Assembly (NCBI GenBank): GCA_958009085.1
Contig: OY253673.1
Coordinates: forward strand, 930,001 to 994,000
Reading direction: 5' to 3'
DNA from: Protoeuglena noctilucae
Taxonomy: Eukaryota
Length of the DNA stretch: 64,000 bases
The translations under genes and the position numbers were made by a program. The notes beneath the pieces are model-generated. The model saw nothing but the letters and a program-made list of their open reading frames with translations, made no database searches and was not told where the DNA came from. Of this stretch, positions 47,201 to 60,131 are shown piece by piece; within the stretch, counting starts at the first letter, position 1, and each line of letters begins with the position of its first letter.

Positions 47201-49750
47201 CTCGTAGCCATGCAGTTCCATGGCAGGCGGCAGCCCAGGCAGTCCACGACCTGTGAGGGAGGGCGGTGGGGCCAGGCGTGCCTTGCTCGCGTTGCCAGCT
47301 CGCCCCTGAGCTACTCCGGCCAGCATGCAGCTACCGTGCCACTGCCGCCCGTGCCGCGCTTCTCACCACAGCGTTCGACGCCCTGACGCCGTCCTCGTGG
47401 AAGCCGTACCCACCCCATGCGCCGCAGAAGTACACACCTCCTGAAGCTCAAGCCACAAGCATAGGAGTGAGTTTGAGCGCAGACAAACACAGAGTGCTTG
47501 GAAAAGCAGGCTTAACTAGCCGGTGCGTGTACCACGCCTGGACATGCCGCCCTCGCCTGTCCCCTGGATCTCCGGAAGTCTGTGCTGTGCAGCAACGCTG
47601 GCCTGAGAGAAGACGGGGTGGTCCAGGGACAGCCTCCGGATCACGGAGGATGGCGTTGGCTCGTGAATGGGGTTGAGCGTCACGAACAGGTCGGGTGCAT
47701 CCGCGGGGAGGTTCTGGAGGCGGTTGAGCCAGTACGTCACGCACACAGCGCTGTCGGCTGAGCCGCCTGCGTGGAGGTGCAGGAGGTGTCACATCATCCA
47801 GCCAGGACATCTGTGTCAGTCGACCACTGCGTGCACGGCCCATGTCATGGACGCCGAGGTATTGGAAGTGCCCCTGACTCCCTTCAGCAACCTGCACCAG
47901 TCAGCCGCCCTCACCGCGCTTCCCGAGGAAGTTCCACGACGTCCAGCACTGCCGGCGTCGGGGCATGAGACTGGCATCCGTGTGAAGCCAGACGCCGTTC
48001 GAGTTGTAGGGGATGGCGCCCAGTACCTCCCGCTCGGCATCCGTGGCCCCACTTCCCAGGAGCTGCAGCGTCACGTCCGAGTGGGTCGCCATGACAACTG
48101 CGTAGGGACGGGTCAGGACTGTCTTGCCCCAGTTGCTACAGGTGTCACCGCGTCTATCAGCAGACACACACGTCTCAACGTTCCCGGCTGCGTTGGTGTG
48201 CAGCAACCCAGGCGACCCCAGGTCACACTCACCCGCATCAAAGGCGGACTTCTTCCCATCTGCCGTCTCGATCTCGACGCCCCCCTCGCGCGGCCCCAGC
48301 TCGCGAGAGCGGCGGGTGATGCGCACGACCGCCTGCCCCGCCCGGACGTCGTGCACGTGCGCGAGCACGGCCTTCACATAGGCCTGCGATCTGCCCTTGA
48401 CCACGCGCCACAAGGGCCGATCAAAGACGTCCAGGAGGTGGTGGTTGACCCAGAACCGCACGAGCATCTTGACGGGGAAGCCCAGCACGGTCGCGCTGGG
48501 GACGCTCCACACGGCCGCGCACATGGGCAGCACGTAGTGCTCCTTGAACGCCGCCGAGTAGTTGTGGCGGGTAAGGTACTCCCCCAAAGTCACGCTCTCG
48601 TACTCGTGGGCCATGGCGCCTTCCAAGACCTGGGAGGGACGGGGGGACAGGGGCAGGGGTAGTGGGGCAGCGATGGGCCGGGAGACCCAGGGGAGCCACC
48701 GGGTGCCGGGTTCAGATGGGAGGAGCTTGGGCAAATCATCACCCGCGGCGCCTCTCTGCCGAACCGGAGGACCTCGTACAGCATCATCAGGAAGGAAGGG
48801 CTCGTGCAGTTGGACGCCTGGGCGAACAGGGCGCTGCTGGACCACTCGAACGATCCGCCGTCCATCGAGAGCGAGAAGGACATGTCCGACTCCTCTGCAG
48901 GGTGCCGCGCAGAGGTGGCGAGTGACGCCCTGCCAGGCCTGCCTGCCCATCCATGGCAAGACATGCGCAAGGCTGGGCTCCGGGCGCGGGCGACCTCCCC
49001 CACCTGACTCGACTCCAAGCTCCTCGAGCATCCCGACGAGGTTTGGGTACGTCGTGAGGTTGAATACCTGAAAGCCCAGGTCGACAGGCCATCCGGACGT
49101 CTCATCTGCGCGCAGGGAGCCGATGCTGCAGCGATTCGGCGTCTCGGTCGCCGCTCAGATACAGCAACAATAGCAGGGTGTGCACACGCGCGGCCCGAAG
49201 TCGCAGGGCGTCCCCGCGCACCCGTGAGTGTGTGCCCGCCACACCGCGCCTCCCGCTCGAAGAGGGTCACGCGAGCGCCATTCCTGCAGGCCGGGGTGGG
49301 CAAAGAGCTTTCGTGTGTGCAGAAAGGCCCATGCGATGGGTGCGGGAGGATTTGTCTTGTGGCCGCCCGCGTTCCACTTCAGCTGTGCCGAACGCCGCGC
49401 ATGCGCCGCGGCGGCCCACCCAGCCAGCCAAATTGCCGCATTCAGAGCCATCACATCGACGTCAGGACATAAGAACCAATCAGCCAGCGGAAACCCCGGG
49501 CGACGCACCGCGCGGGCGCGGTGAGGGCGCTGCCCTGAGGCCCAGGAGTGACCCTGCCCGGCGGGAACCTCGCGAGGCTCGGGGTATGCGCGGCTGCTGC
49601 ACCCATCACATAGTATTTTAAGCATTTTCTCAGCTATTGGAGTCGGAGAGAGGGTCGCCCGCGGGAAGCTCACCGCGACAGGACGTACGCCGCACTCAGC
49701 CCGCTGATTCCCGACCCAATGACGGCGATGGGCCTCCCATCGACGTTCAT
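44270..49750 (-). CDS. Cyclopropane-fatty-acyl-phospholipid synthase, plant type: N-terminal FAD amine-oxidase-like domain + SAM methyltransferase + C-terminal multi-TM domain
   Basis: IAVIGSGISGLSAAYVL, FEREARCGGHT, DLGFQVFNLTTYPNL, CVTYWLNRLQ, YFCGAWGGYGFHEDG; then ENSRKNIEEHYDAGNDMY, VLEIGCGWG, CEMIEAVGHEY, DFIREHIFPGGHLPS, YFAYCEAAF; then hydrophobic exons down to the stop at 44270-44272. Confidence 0.9.
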
Positions 49751-50012
49751 AGCGCTTGGCTCGGCGCCACGGGGCCACGGCCCCAGTTATTCGCGGGACC
49801 GATGCGAAGCAAAATACGAGCCCTCAGAGATCATGCAGGTTATCGACGACCCGTCGCGCATTGATTAAGCCACGCAATCTGTGGGAGGCGCGTTGCAGAC
49901 GCGGCCCAGGAGGCTTGCAGTGGTGCCAGGTCTAGTGCGCCGCTTGAGGTCCTAGCTGACTCAACCCCCCAATCAACCTCCGACCAGCGCCCCGCCCCGC
50001 CAGATGCAAGGA

Positions 50013-51783
50013 CTATGCGAGGGCCTCCGCAGCGATCTTCTTCAGCTGCTCGAGCGTGAGAAACATGACCGTGTTCCACGCCGCCAGGCGCCCGAAGTTG
50101 GGCACGAACCCCTTGTACAGCCCAGCCACCCCCGCATCCCGAAGCGTCTTGACGAAGCAGTCGACGACCCCCTTGTACTGGCCCTCCTTGTCCCCCATGA
50201 TGCGGGACTTGACCACGTCCACGGGGGACCCCACGCACACGGCGCAGAAGCCCGCCCCCACCGCCGACGCCACGTGGCAAAGCGGGCCGTCCTGTGCACA
50301 GGCGTGGCGAAGGCGTGGCGGGTGACAGTGGGGGGCATGCACATGCGCAGCCAGACAAGACGCGGCCTGGCACACGAAGGCTCGCCTGCATGCCGCTCGC
50401 AAGCAGCGCCTCCTTAATCTGGTCGTACGACGCAAGCTCGGCCGCATTGATGATGGCGTTGCGGGCCACGTTGGGCCCGAGGCCCGTCCACAGGCCCGCC
50501 ACGCCCTCCTCGCGCATGATGATGCCGTACGCCTTCATGGCCGACGGGTACCGCTTGGGGGCGTCCTTGCCCATCCGCCCCTGCGCCTGCATTCGCACCT
50601 TGACGAGATCCGTGGGGTTGGCCACTGCGCGGGGGGGCGACGTGCTTCACGCGTCAGGCCAGGTCGGCAGGCGGTCCACGGGCCCAGCTGGAGATCGGGA
50701 GGCCTGTGGGATCGCACGGGCTTCCCTTCTTGGGACGGCCGCCGCTTGTGACCTACCCGCGATCGCGAACGCCCCCGTGGTGAGCGCGGCTGCGATCTTG
50801 ACCCCCAGAGAAGGCGCCCCTGGGGCATCCCCTTGGTAGAACTTCTTGATGGGGTCGTACATGCCGATCCGGAGACCTCCGTACAGACACTGCCGGTGCA
50901 AGCCGGGCCTGCAAGCGGAGCCACACACCTGGGCAGTGGGCATGAGCACCCATTAAACGGCAGGGTCCGGCAAGACCGCTGGCCGTGCAGGCGGGCCAGT
51001 CCCGCCTCTGCAACGGAGACCCAGCAGTCTCACGTGAGGCCCGACCACAATGCCGCGACGCCCTCCTCCCTCCCCACCGTCGCCATGGTCCCCAGCATGC
51101 CCTTGTACTTCAGGTTGGGGCCCGAGCCCCCTTGCAGCTGCAGCCGAACTTTGGCTGTGTCGATGGGTAGAGTGATAAACTGCGCGCGAGAGACGCCCCA
51201 TCACAGCATCGTCAGCGGGGCGCCCCTGGCCCCGCTGTCAGGTCACGAAACATGGCGCGCCGGGGGCCGAAACGCGCACACGCCGCGACGTGCGAGATCA
51301 CGACACGGATGCACACGTGCAGGCACTCGAGCACGCGGGGCAGGTCACGCAAGCACCGCGGGAGGACGGTGCCCCATCGTCCACGGGTGCCATCGTCCCG
51401 GTGCGCGAAATGGGGGAGTAACGAGGAATCGTTTCGACAGAGTGGCGTGACTGATCAGTGACACTCGCTGAAGAGGTCGAGCTGGGCGAACAGTCAGGCG
51501 CGGCATCGGAAAAGGCCCCGACAGAGCATCCCGTGGGTGAATGGCGGGCAGTGCCCGGGCAGTCGACAATCCCGGACGTCATGCAGCCGATGGGCAGGTG
51601 TGAGTAAAAATCACAGCGTGTCAAGGTGGGACGCGGCCGTCGTCGCGCAGGAGAGGCGAGACAGACCAGGAAAAGCTGTGGGTACGCCCGTCTCACCTCG
51701 GCCCAACACGCCGCGGTGGCTGACACGGGGAATAACGCCCAGGCGGGAAGGACCGCCGGAGTCTTGCTATCGCTGCCCACCAT
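50013..51783 (-). CDS. UCP1: Mitochondrial uncoupling protein (plant UCP/PUMP)
   Basis: [117 protein letters not shown]. Confidence 0.95.
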
Positions 51784-52201
51784 TCCAACGCCGCGTGGGT
51801 TTTTAGCCGGCGGGCAGCAGAACCAAACACTGCCCACGCGGTGCGCAGGAGGAGGCGACGTTGGAATAGCGTAAGTCGCGGCTGGGTCCATCGCTCTCCA
51901 CGTGCGACGGGCGCCCGAACCGTCGTGCCAGACGCCACGGTTAAAGGCCGGCGACGCGCCGACAGCACTGCTGACACTCTTGGCGATAACATTCCAGCGA
52001 TTTTGACCCCTGAAAGCCAGGCCCGTGGCGCTGGCGTCGGTGCCGCTGAGCGCGACCGGGGCTTGGAGTGGGGTCCCGAGCGGCCCGGCGAGGCTCGCAA
52101 CTCCCCTGCATGGGTAGCCATTCATCGCAAATCCGGCTACGTGTGCGCTTGGAGGGAAGTGGATGGCGCAGCCGCGTGCGCTGAGCGCGGAAGGGCGCGG
52201 G

Positions 52202-55200
52202 ATGGACGGGGACGCCATGGAGGCCGACGGAGACTCCGACGTGATCCTTGCAGCGCACTTTCGGAGGGGCGCACTTGGTATCGCGTTGTACGACCTCGGG
52301 AGCGGGTCTCTGGAAGTGCTGCAGGTGCACAACGTCGTGCTCGACCCCTCCCAGTACGCCTTGCAAGCGCTGCAGTCCATCAAAGCCTCGCGGCGGCCCC
52401 GGGTGAGACGAGCCGCGTTTCGAGGCGGCTGCGTATAGACGGGAAGGGTTTTAAGGTCTTTGTGGGTGGATGGATGCCGTAGCCCCTTGCGAGCTTGCAT
52501 GCCGTCCGCCAAGCGCAGGTGCTGTTCACGAGCGCCGGCTCCTCGACCGCGTTCTTGCAAGCGTTGCGGCAGCCATGCGCGGGGCGTGCGGGCGATTACG
52601 ACGTCAAGGTGATGCACCGCAGCAGGGGGACAGGGGATGGGACAAAGCAGGAGATGAGCAGCGGCTAGCTAGCTCATATGCATGCGAGGCACGGATACGG
52701 TCGTGTGCAGGTCGAGAAGGCCGGTGTCTTCAAATACGAAAATGCACTGGCGCGGTGCAAGGCGCTGACGGTGCAGGGGCTTCCTCTCCACCTCTCGCCG
52801 AGGGATCGCTGGGCTCAGCTTCAGACCATGTGCAACTTGCGGGGCGAGGAGCTTATCTGCGGTGAGACCTAGGGTAAACGGAGCTACCCGACACCGGTAC
52901 GGCGGAAAGTAGCACATTGCAAGGTGTGGACGAGCATTGGCACTGCAGCCACTTCTGCGCCCATGCATGCAGCTCTCGGTGGGCTCCTCGGCATCCTGCA
53001 GAGAGAGGGAATATTGACTGGCGGTGACACACCACAGGCGCCAGCGACGGTGGCATCTTTGTCGGAGATTCAAATGGAGTCCCACCTGGCGGTCGACATG
53101 GACAGCTTGCACGTAAGTTGGCTCTCTGACCAGAATGGAATAGCTCAAAAGCGCATTGTTAAGCTGGAAGAGGAGGGCCGACACTGGCAACTGGCCCCTG
53201 TACTGCACAGGGGCTATCGATATTTCAACACGAAAGCCACCCATCCCTTATGGGGATCGGCTCGTCTAAGGAGGGTTTCTCGCTGTTCGGCTTCATGAAC
53301 AAGTGCGTGACGCCGATGGGTCGTGCTCTTCTTCGGCAGCGCTTCACCATGCCTTCGCGAGACCTGAGGGTCATCAACGCTCGCCTCGACGCGGTGGAGC
53401 TGCTGATGCGGGAGCCAGAGGCGCTGCTTGCTTTCCAGAAGATCATGCGTGGAGTACGGGACGTGGGCCACATCATGAGCAGGTCATTGGTGGGATGCGG
53501 ACAGGGAGCAGGCGATGGGGCCACAACCGCCTGGGCCATCATGCGAACACCATCTGATGACCTGTGCGCAGGCTGCAACTTTCGGACGGAGCCTGCAGCC
53601 CAGGTGATCTCCTTTCGATTGCCAGCAGTCTTGGGTTCGTCGTACAGCTGCATCAGCTCACAATCGGCATTGCAAGCGAAGCTCCAGGCGCAAAGGCTTA
53701 CCTCGGATCCCTACCCCGCAACGTTAGCAGGTGAGAATGGTAGAACCTGCGTCGCGTACCTTCTACTCCAGCTCGAAGAACGGGCTGGATTGATTGTCTA
53801 CTACTTGGTCACGATCGTGCAACTGCAGATCTGTTGGTGACTACTCCAGCGTCCGCAGCCTGCCTGTGCGCTCCCTCTTCGAGTGCGAGGTGCGCTGAAG
53901 TGCTTCGTGCAATGGCCAGCGAAAATTTGCTTACACAGTAGCCCATTTCAAAAGATGTGATCTTTGTCACCCTCACAGGACTCCATGGATGGGCTATGCC
54001 AGAACACTGCCGACGGAACGCCGGGTGCCCGGCCACGCGACGCAGAGATGGGGCCTAACGGAGGGTTCAGCCCCAGTGCGCCCACGGTCCTCTCGGACGA
54101 AATCTCTGCCTGGGGCTCGCCGGCGCTAAAGGAGGCCAGAGCCCTCATCGCTCGTGTGATAGACGTTTCTCAAGACACGCAGGACGCTTGTGTTGCACAT
54201 GGAGTCTCACAGGTACGTTCTCTGCGGCTAAAACATCCATGTCGGTCGGCGCCATTGCTGTTTCGTCCTTGCAGACGGTGCTGTGTTGTACGATTCCTAA
54301 CACCTGTCTGACGCAAGCAGGAGCTGGATCAGCTTAAGAAGCTGTGGATGGAGCTCCCTGACATCCTGACGCGTGTGGCACAGTACGAGCTCGGTCGTGT
54401 ACCTGAGGCAAGTCATGTTTGGGGTTGCTGGCAGCATCCTGTTAGCATCTTTGGAGCGACGCTGTTGCCCAGGCCTTTAAGACTTCACTGCTGGGTAACT
54501 TCGATGCAGAGCATACGAAGGGGAGTGCGTGAGCAAGTCTGGCAAGTGGAGTACCTTCCATCGCTGGGGTACGTGGTGGTTGTATATGGCAAGACGATGA
54601 GCCCCGAGGCAAGTCATGCTTGGACAGGGACGGGACACCTGCGCAAGGCTCCAGTCAGAGAGGTCTGCAACGACCTCTCTGTGTCCCCCGCAGGTGCTGG
54701 AGTACCTTTCTGACTGGGAGTTCCTGTTTGACAATCAGACGGATGAGGGCGTCCCAACATCGTTTTTCAAAAGCAATGAGACAGGTGAGTAGCGATGCGA
54801 CCGTGCCTCGTCACGGTGCCAATGGAGGTGTGCTGACCTCACCCTCATTTCGCACCTCCAGCTCGACTGACAGCTTTGTACGGCGACGTGCTTCACAAGA
54901 TCACCGACCTGGAGTCTCAAATCGTGTTTGAGCTGATTCAAAAACTGGCGGGCTTCTTGCCCGCCTTCCTCACAGCCATGGCCTCTGTTGCGGAGCTGGA
55001 CTCACTCGTGTCGCTTGGTGAGTACACCTTATGCCGTTGCCGATGTATGATGCAAAGGGAGGGTTGTTCACAATCCCACTACTGTCGTCACCTTGCGCTC
55101 CTGCAGCCCTGTCTGCGCTTGAGTTCGGCCTTGTGCGACCCAAGGTCGTGTCCGAGTCTGTTCTGCATGTGAGGGACGGGTGGCACATGCTCGGCAAGCT

Positions 55201-57056
55201 TGCGCAGGAGTCCTTCGTGACGAATGATACGCACATGAGCGAGCGCAACGGCCGTGTAATGGTGGTGAATGGGCCCAACGCGTCGGGCAAGTCTGTGTAC
55301 CTCAAGCAAGTGGCCATCATCGCGTTCTTGGGTGAGGAGTGCGTGCTGCATGTCGTGTTGGTACCTCTGCCATTGTTTCCCCAGCGATGCAGGGCCCCGC
55401 TTCCAGGCTGGCTGCCAGTCTTCGTGTCGTTGCATCGACATTGCCATGGACAGCTTAAGTTGACTTCGCGGAGGTACGTGGTACGCAGCACACGTGGGCA
55501 GCTTCGTGCCAGCAGCGGAGGCCACAATCGGAGTCGCAGACCGTCTCATGACGCGCCTCTTCCACCTCGACTCTGTCGGGGGCAACAATTCCTCCTTCAT
55601 GTCTGATCTCAGCCAGGTGGGGTTTTGTGCAATGTTGAATCCGCCTCATCCGCCAAAAAGGGCCACTGTCCCAGCCCCTTGGCCTTTCAGGTCGTGGCCA
55701 TGGTCCGGATGGCATCAGGCTCCTCTTCGCTGATTATCGACGAGTTTGGAAAGGGTACACTGGCTGCGGACGGGGTGGGACTCTTGCCGGCAGTCGTGAA
55801 TCACTTTGCAAACAGTGCAGCATCTCCCCGGGCCGTGTTCGCCACGCACTTCAGCGAGCTTCAAAGCTCTCGCCACGTCCCTGTGCGTGATGCGGTGTCC
55901 TTCTACACCATGAGGTGAGGCTCAGTCCCGAAACATGCGTGAGCTTGAAAATGGACTGGATGCCTTGCACGTCCTGCCTTTGCCTTTTACTGCTGCAGCG
56001 CTCTGATTGATCAGCCATCGACTGAGTCCGTCACAAACGGGAGCGCTGGCAGGCAGACACAACCGGAACCTGACGCACGCCCTGGAAACAACATTGTGTT
56101 CTTGTACAAGCTTACGCCCGGACGCCCTGCCCTGTCCTTCGGAGTCCACGTGGCGAGGCTCTGCGGCGTGGAAGAGGGTGTCTTGCTGCGGGCACACGAG
56201 GTGGTGGACGCCCAGGCAAGTGTCGTGCCCAGGCTCTCGCGGTGTGAGAGAGTCGTGTATCTCGCTGCTTTGCCGAGAACCAGTGCTCAGTGTTTATGCA
56301 TCCGCAGCAGCATGGCACTCAAATTGGACGCCGCGCAACCCCTTACACGATCAGGCGCGATGCTTTTGCAAAGGCTGCCACGGCCCTTCTGCACAGCGTC
56401 CATGTACACTCCGCGGATCTCGACACCGTCAGCATGACCGTCAGAGAGCTCCACCGGCAGTGCCTAGGTGCAGGTGCAGGTGGTGCCGCCTCTGATGGAC
56501 CGGCTCCGGCGAGGGAAACTGAGGGGCGCCCGTCTCGCCTGTCGACAGCACGCTGGACCTCCGCATGATAAGCAGGCAACCTACCAGCAACTTGGAAATG
56601 CAGAGGGGCGAGGTAAGACCAAATGCGAATCACACATTAGGCTAAGCTTGATTGATCTGGCTACAAACTCTCAAGTCCCTGTCCTTCTCAGAAGACGAAT
56701 ATGCGCAACTACAGAGGAAGGCTGTGGGGCAGACGCTGGCCAAGACGTGCCTGGAAAGCCTCGACCCAATTACTTCCATGTTTGCGGAGGGTTCCGGAGG
56801 ACAGGTCGCAGAAGCCACGACGCAGACCGCAAGGGAGACGGAGACACCGGGGAAGCAGACGCACCGCGGGTCTGACTCGAGGGGCGAAGGGGAGCTCAAC
56901 GTCGGCAATCGGGCCTTCAAAGACATTTCCCCTGCCACCGTCGATGTCGAGCAGGGTGGGGCACAAGAGGGGCTTATGGGTCCCAACAAGAGATCCCGCT
57001 GGGCTGAACCCGAGACACGACCCAAAGGGCTTTTGGACGCAACAGGCAGCGAATAG
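52202..57056 (+). CDS. MSH5: MutS homolog 5 (meiotic crossover protein)
   Basis: IFQHESHPSLMGIGSSKEGFSLFGFMNKCVTPMGR (MSH5-typical), NGPNASGKSVYLKQVA, AHVGSFVPA, SSFMSDLSQV, IIDEFGKGTLAADGVGLL, SFGVHVARLCGV. Confidence 0.92.
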
Positions 57057-57126
57057 CTCGCACAAAACCGCTTGAAAGGATGTCCGAGAACAAGACCGTG
57101 AGCACCTGAGACCTGTAGGCGAAGCC

Positions 57127-60100
57127 TCAGTCACGCTTTGCAAGCAGCAGGATGTCCCGCATCGTTCGCTCGTCCGCCTTCTTTACGTCTGTCAAATCCC
57201 GCAACATGTCTACCGCACGCTGAAAAGCACTGGGCTCGGTTGGCCCGAGTACTCGGCCTGCTGCTGTGTGGAGCGGCGAAACGTCGTGGCTTTGATTGTT
57301 GCGAATGTAGGTCGCAAGGTACTCGGTTTGCTGCAGCGCCGCCACGCCGTTGCGAATGCGTGCAGCTTGGTCTGGTGAGGCCGAGTCCAGCAGCGTAGCA
57401 GCCCGCTGCACAGCACAAAAATTGCAGTTTTCATGACTGATGCTTACAAATCGTTGCCCACTGTCTTCGTGCACTGCACGCACACCTTGATCATTTGATG
57501 CAGCGTTTGGCCGTCCAGCCGGGCTTTTGTCTCCGCCGCATGCGTCATCATGACGTCCAGGTCGCGCGACATCACACGCCACCAGTGCCGCTTCATGCAC
57601 TGCCTCAGGACGGCTTCCACAACGGAAGGCGGAAGGCGGTAGCGCACCGCTTCATGCTCGGGTGGAAAGTCTTGCTTGGTCGAGGCCGCAAGGGCCCGGG
57701 AGCAGAACATGAAGAGGTAGGAAACTGCAACGCACGCACAGAATAAACCGTTTCGACGCGCCATCGGATGCTTCGTAAAGATAGACAGCCAGAGAGCTCG
57801 CCTGAGAGTGGGTCAAGTGCCCTTCCGTCTCTTTCTGGGCCAACGATGCGGTCCACCAGCGACTCGACAACATCGACACCCGGGTCAAAGCCACCGGGGC
57901 ACATGTCAGGCAGATTATGGATAAGATGCGCCAAGTGCTGAGGGGGCGCCACAGCCAGCATGCGAGGAGCTTGCGCCAGTGAACGAAGCTGAGTTTGGAA
58001 CGCAATCTCGACACTTGGAGGGACGGGGACGCCCAACATCTCGCGCATGATCGACACAGCTGCGTGGACAGACAGAAGAAGCTGAAGCAGTCGTACTGAC
58101 TGGACAAGCCCTGCACGCCGGAAATCGCGAGTCGCTCACTTTCGCCCACAGCCGCCAGGTCTTTGACTTCGAGCTGTCCTTCGCTCATTAATGCAGCCAA
58201 GACGTCCCAGGCCTGCTGCACCCACGCTTCCCCTGGGTCGAAACCCAGCCTCGCAAGGGCTCTCATGGCACGCGTCAAGGTCTGTGGCCGACAGCCTGCG
58301 GCCTGCCTCGACACCGCGTCCATGGCAAGAGGGAGACCAGCGACCACCACACGCAGCTCCTCCTCCGTGGGCTCGTACCTAGCCCGCACCATGAAGTGGA
58401 AGAGCTCTGCCACCGCCCAGAAAGGTTGCGAGGGGGCCGAGAACGCGGCTAGGGAAAACACGTCGTCGAAGACGGGATCAGATAGGGGGGCATGAAGGGC
58501 CACGGCAGAGCGCAGCGCACAGAAGATGTGGCTGCCGAGGCGGTCCACACCCCCCCCTGCGTGCAGGCACAGCGCTTGGCTTCACCGTCCGACTGGTCTG
58601 CTGGAAACTTGAGGGGCGTCGGTCGAATCACAGTCGCACGGTGCATGTCCTTGCCTGAATCATCGGCGCTGCTTGCACCAACTCCCTCGCCAGCAGCTGC
58701 TGCTGCAGTAGCACATCCTTCGACCAGCGCTCGCATGGCTTCCAGCACGCGGGCTTCGTTGATGCCCTCGAAGACCTCGTCCTTTGCATTTGCCGCCTGC
58801 CGCAGCACCCGCGCTATGCGGGCCACGTTGGTGGTGCGTGTATAGCGGACCAGCTTGCGCGTGACGTAGTGCAGCTGAACAAGCTCTTCCCACTCTTCCG
58901 CACTCTGCGGCAACCGAACGCCGCGAGACAGCGTGTGGATGCCATGGGAGCCGCAGATGGCTTGCAACAAAGGAAGTTGTGTAAATGTCATGCTCAGCCC
59001 ATGCCAACGAGCGTCTCCCATGCAAGGGTCGAGGATCAGCAATCCTCGAGCCCCAACTCGTCAGCACGTGGGGCTGCGCATCGCGCGGCGTTCCGGCAGG
59101 AAACCTGACGGCCGCCGGCACGGTTGATGTGCGGAGGGCAACTAAGGACACGAAACCAGGAGGTGCGGCGCAGCGCGAACGCCGTCACACGCAGGCATGG
59201 TCCACTCTTTCCTCCAAAAAACGCACAGCAAGAAGGTCGCGGCGCACCTGAGCCCACGGCGGCATGCCCTCCGGCCTGTCCTCGGCCGCGTCGGGAAGCC
59301 CCACCACATGGTGCCGCGGCTTCCGCCCTCCGTCATCGAGCTTCACCAAGCACACTTGCCCCGCGATCGAGTGCTCTTCTGGGGCCACCAGGGCTGCTTG
59401 GGCCGCGGAGGGGCCGTCAAACGCAACGACGGCGTGGACCGCACGCTTGGAGCGCCCCCGAGAGAGCGACACCCCGGTCACCGGCCCAAACCTCTGCGGT
59501 ACAGACAACGCAGACGGTGAATGTATGGTGCCAATGCAATCAGCGAGACTCAGCCGTGGAGGCCAGAGCACCGCACCTCAAAGTGGCGCTGGACATCCTC
59601 GGCGGACACCGTCTCGGGGAGGCCCGTCACGAAGACCCTGTTACTCGCCGCGTCCGTGGCGCCATCTGCTGAGCCCTGGTTCGCCCCGCCGACCGCCACA
59701 GAGGAGGAGACCGAGGCTGCTGCAACGACTCCCAACGCCATGAAGGGGCCGCCTGCCCGCACCATACGATGCTCCGCAGCCGAGTGGCGGGCAATCCCCG
59801 GGCAGCTGACGTCGCGACTGAATGTGAGCGACGCGTGCTCGCGGGTCGCGGCGGTGGAGCGCCCAGCGTCACGCCGCCAGCGCCTTAAGCCGTCGCAACA
59901 AACCGCCCCGCGCCCGTGGGGGTCCCCCGCAACTGCGCATGCCCCCGATGGAGCCACACTTGATGACGAAGCCCAGCGGCTCCCACTCCCCAGCCCCTCG
60001 ATGCGCTCGCGCAACGAAGCCCCACACGTTCCTGCAACGGCGCGCCCCGTCGAGCCGGGAAGCGGCGCGTCCGTGACGCCCTGCCGCAAGGCATCCGAAG

Positions 60101-60131
60101 CCCACAATAGGCCTCGCCGGCTCCACGCCAT
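57127..60131 (-). CDS. Putative organellar RNA-binding protein: RRM plus helical (OPR/FAST-like) region
   Basis: RRM NRVFVTGLPETVSAEDVQRHFE|RFGPVTGV...AVVAFDGPSAAQAAL; downstream CRPQTLTRAMRALARLGFDPGEAW resembles an octotricopeptide repeat; the joining of the two parts into one gene is inferred. Confidence 0.55.

Noticed and set aside
5346..49750. SAM-related gene cluster (VTE3, METK, CFA synthase)
   Set aside because: The genes are tens of kb apart with unrelated genes between them; chance co-occurrence is sufficient.
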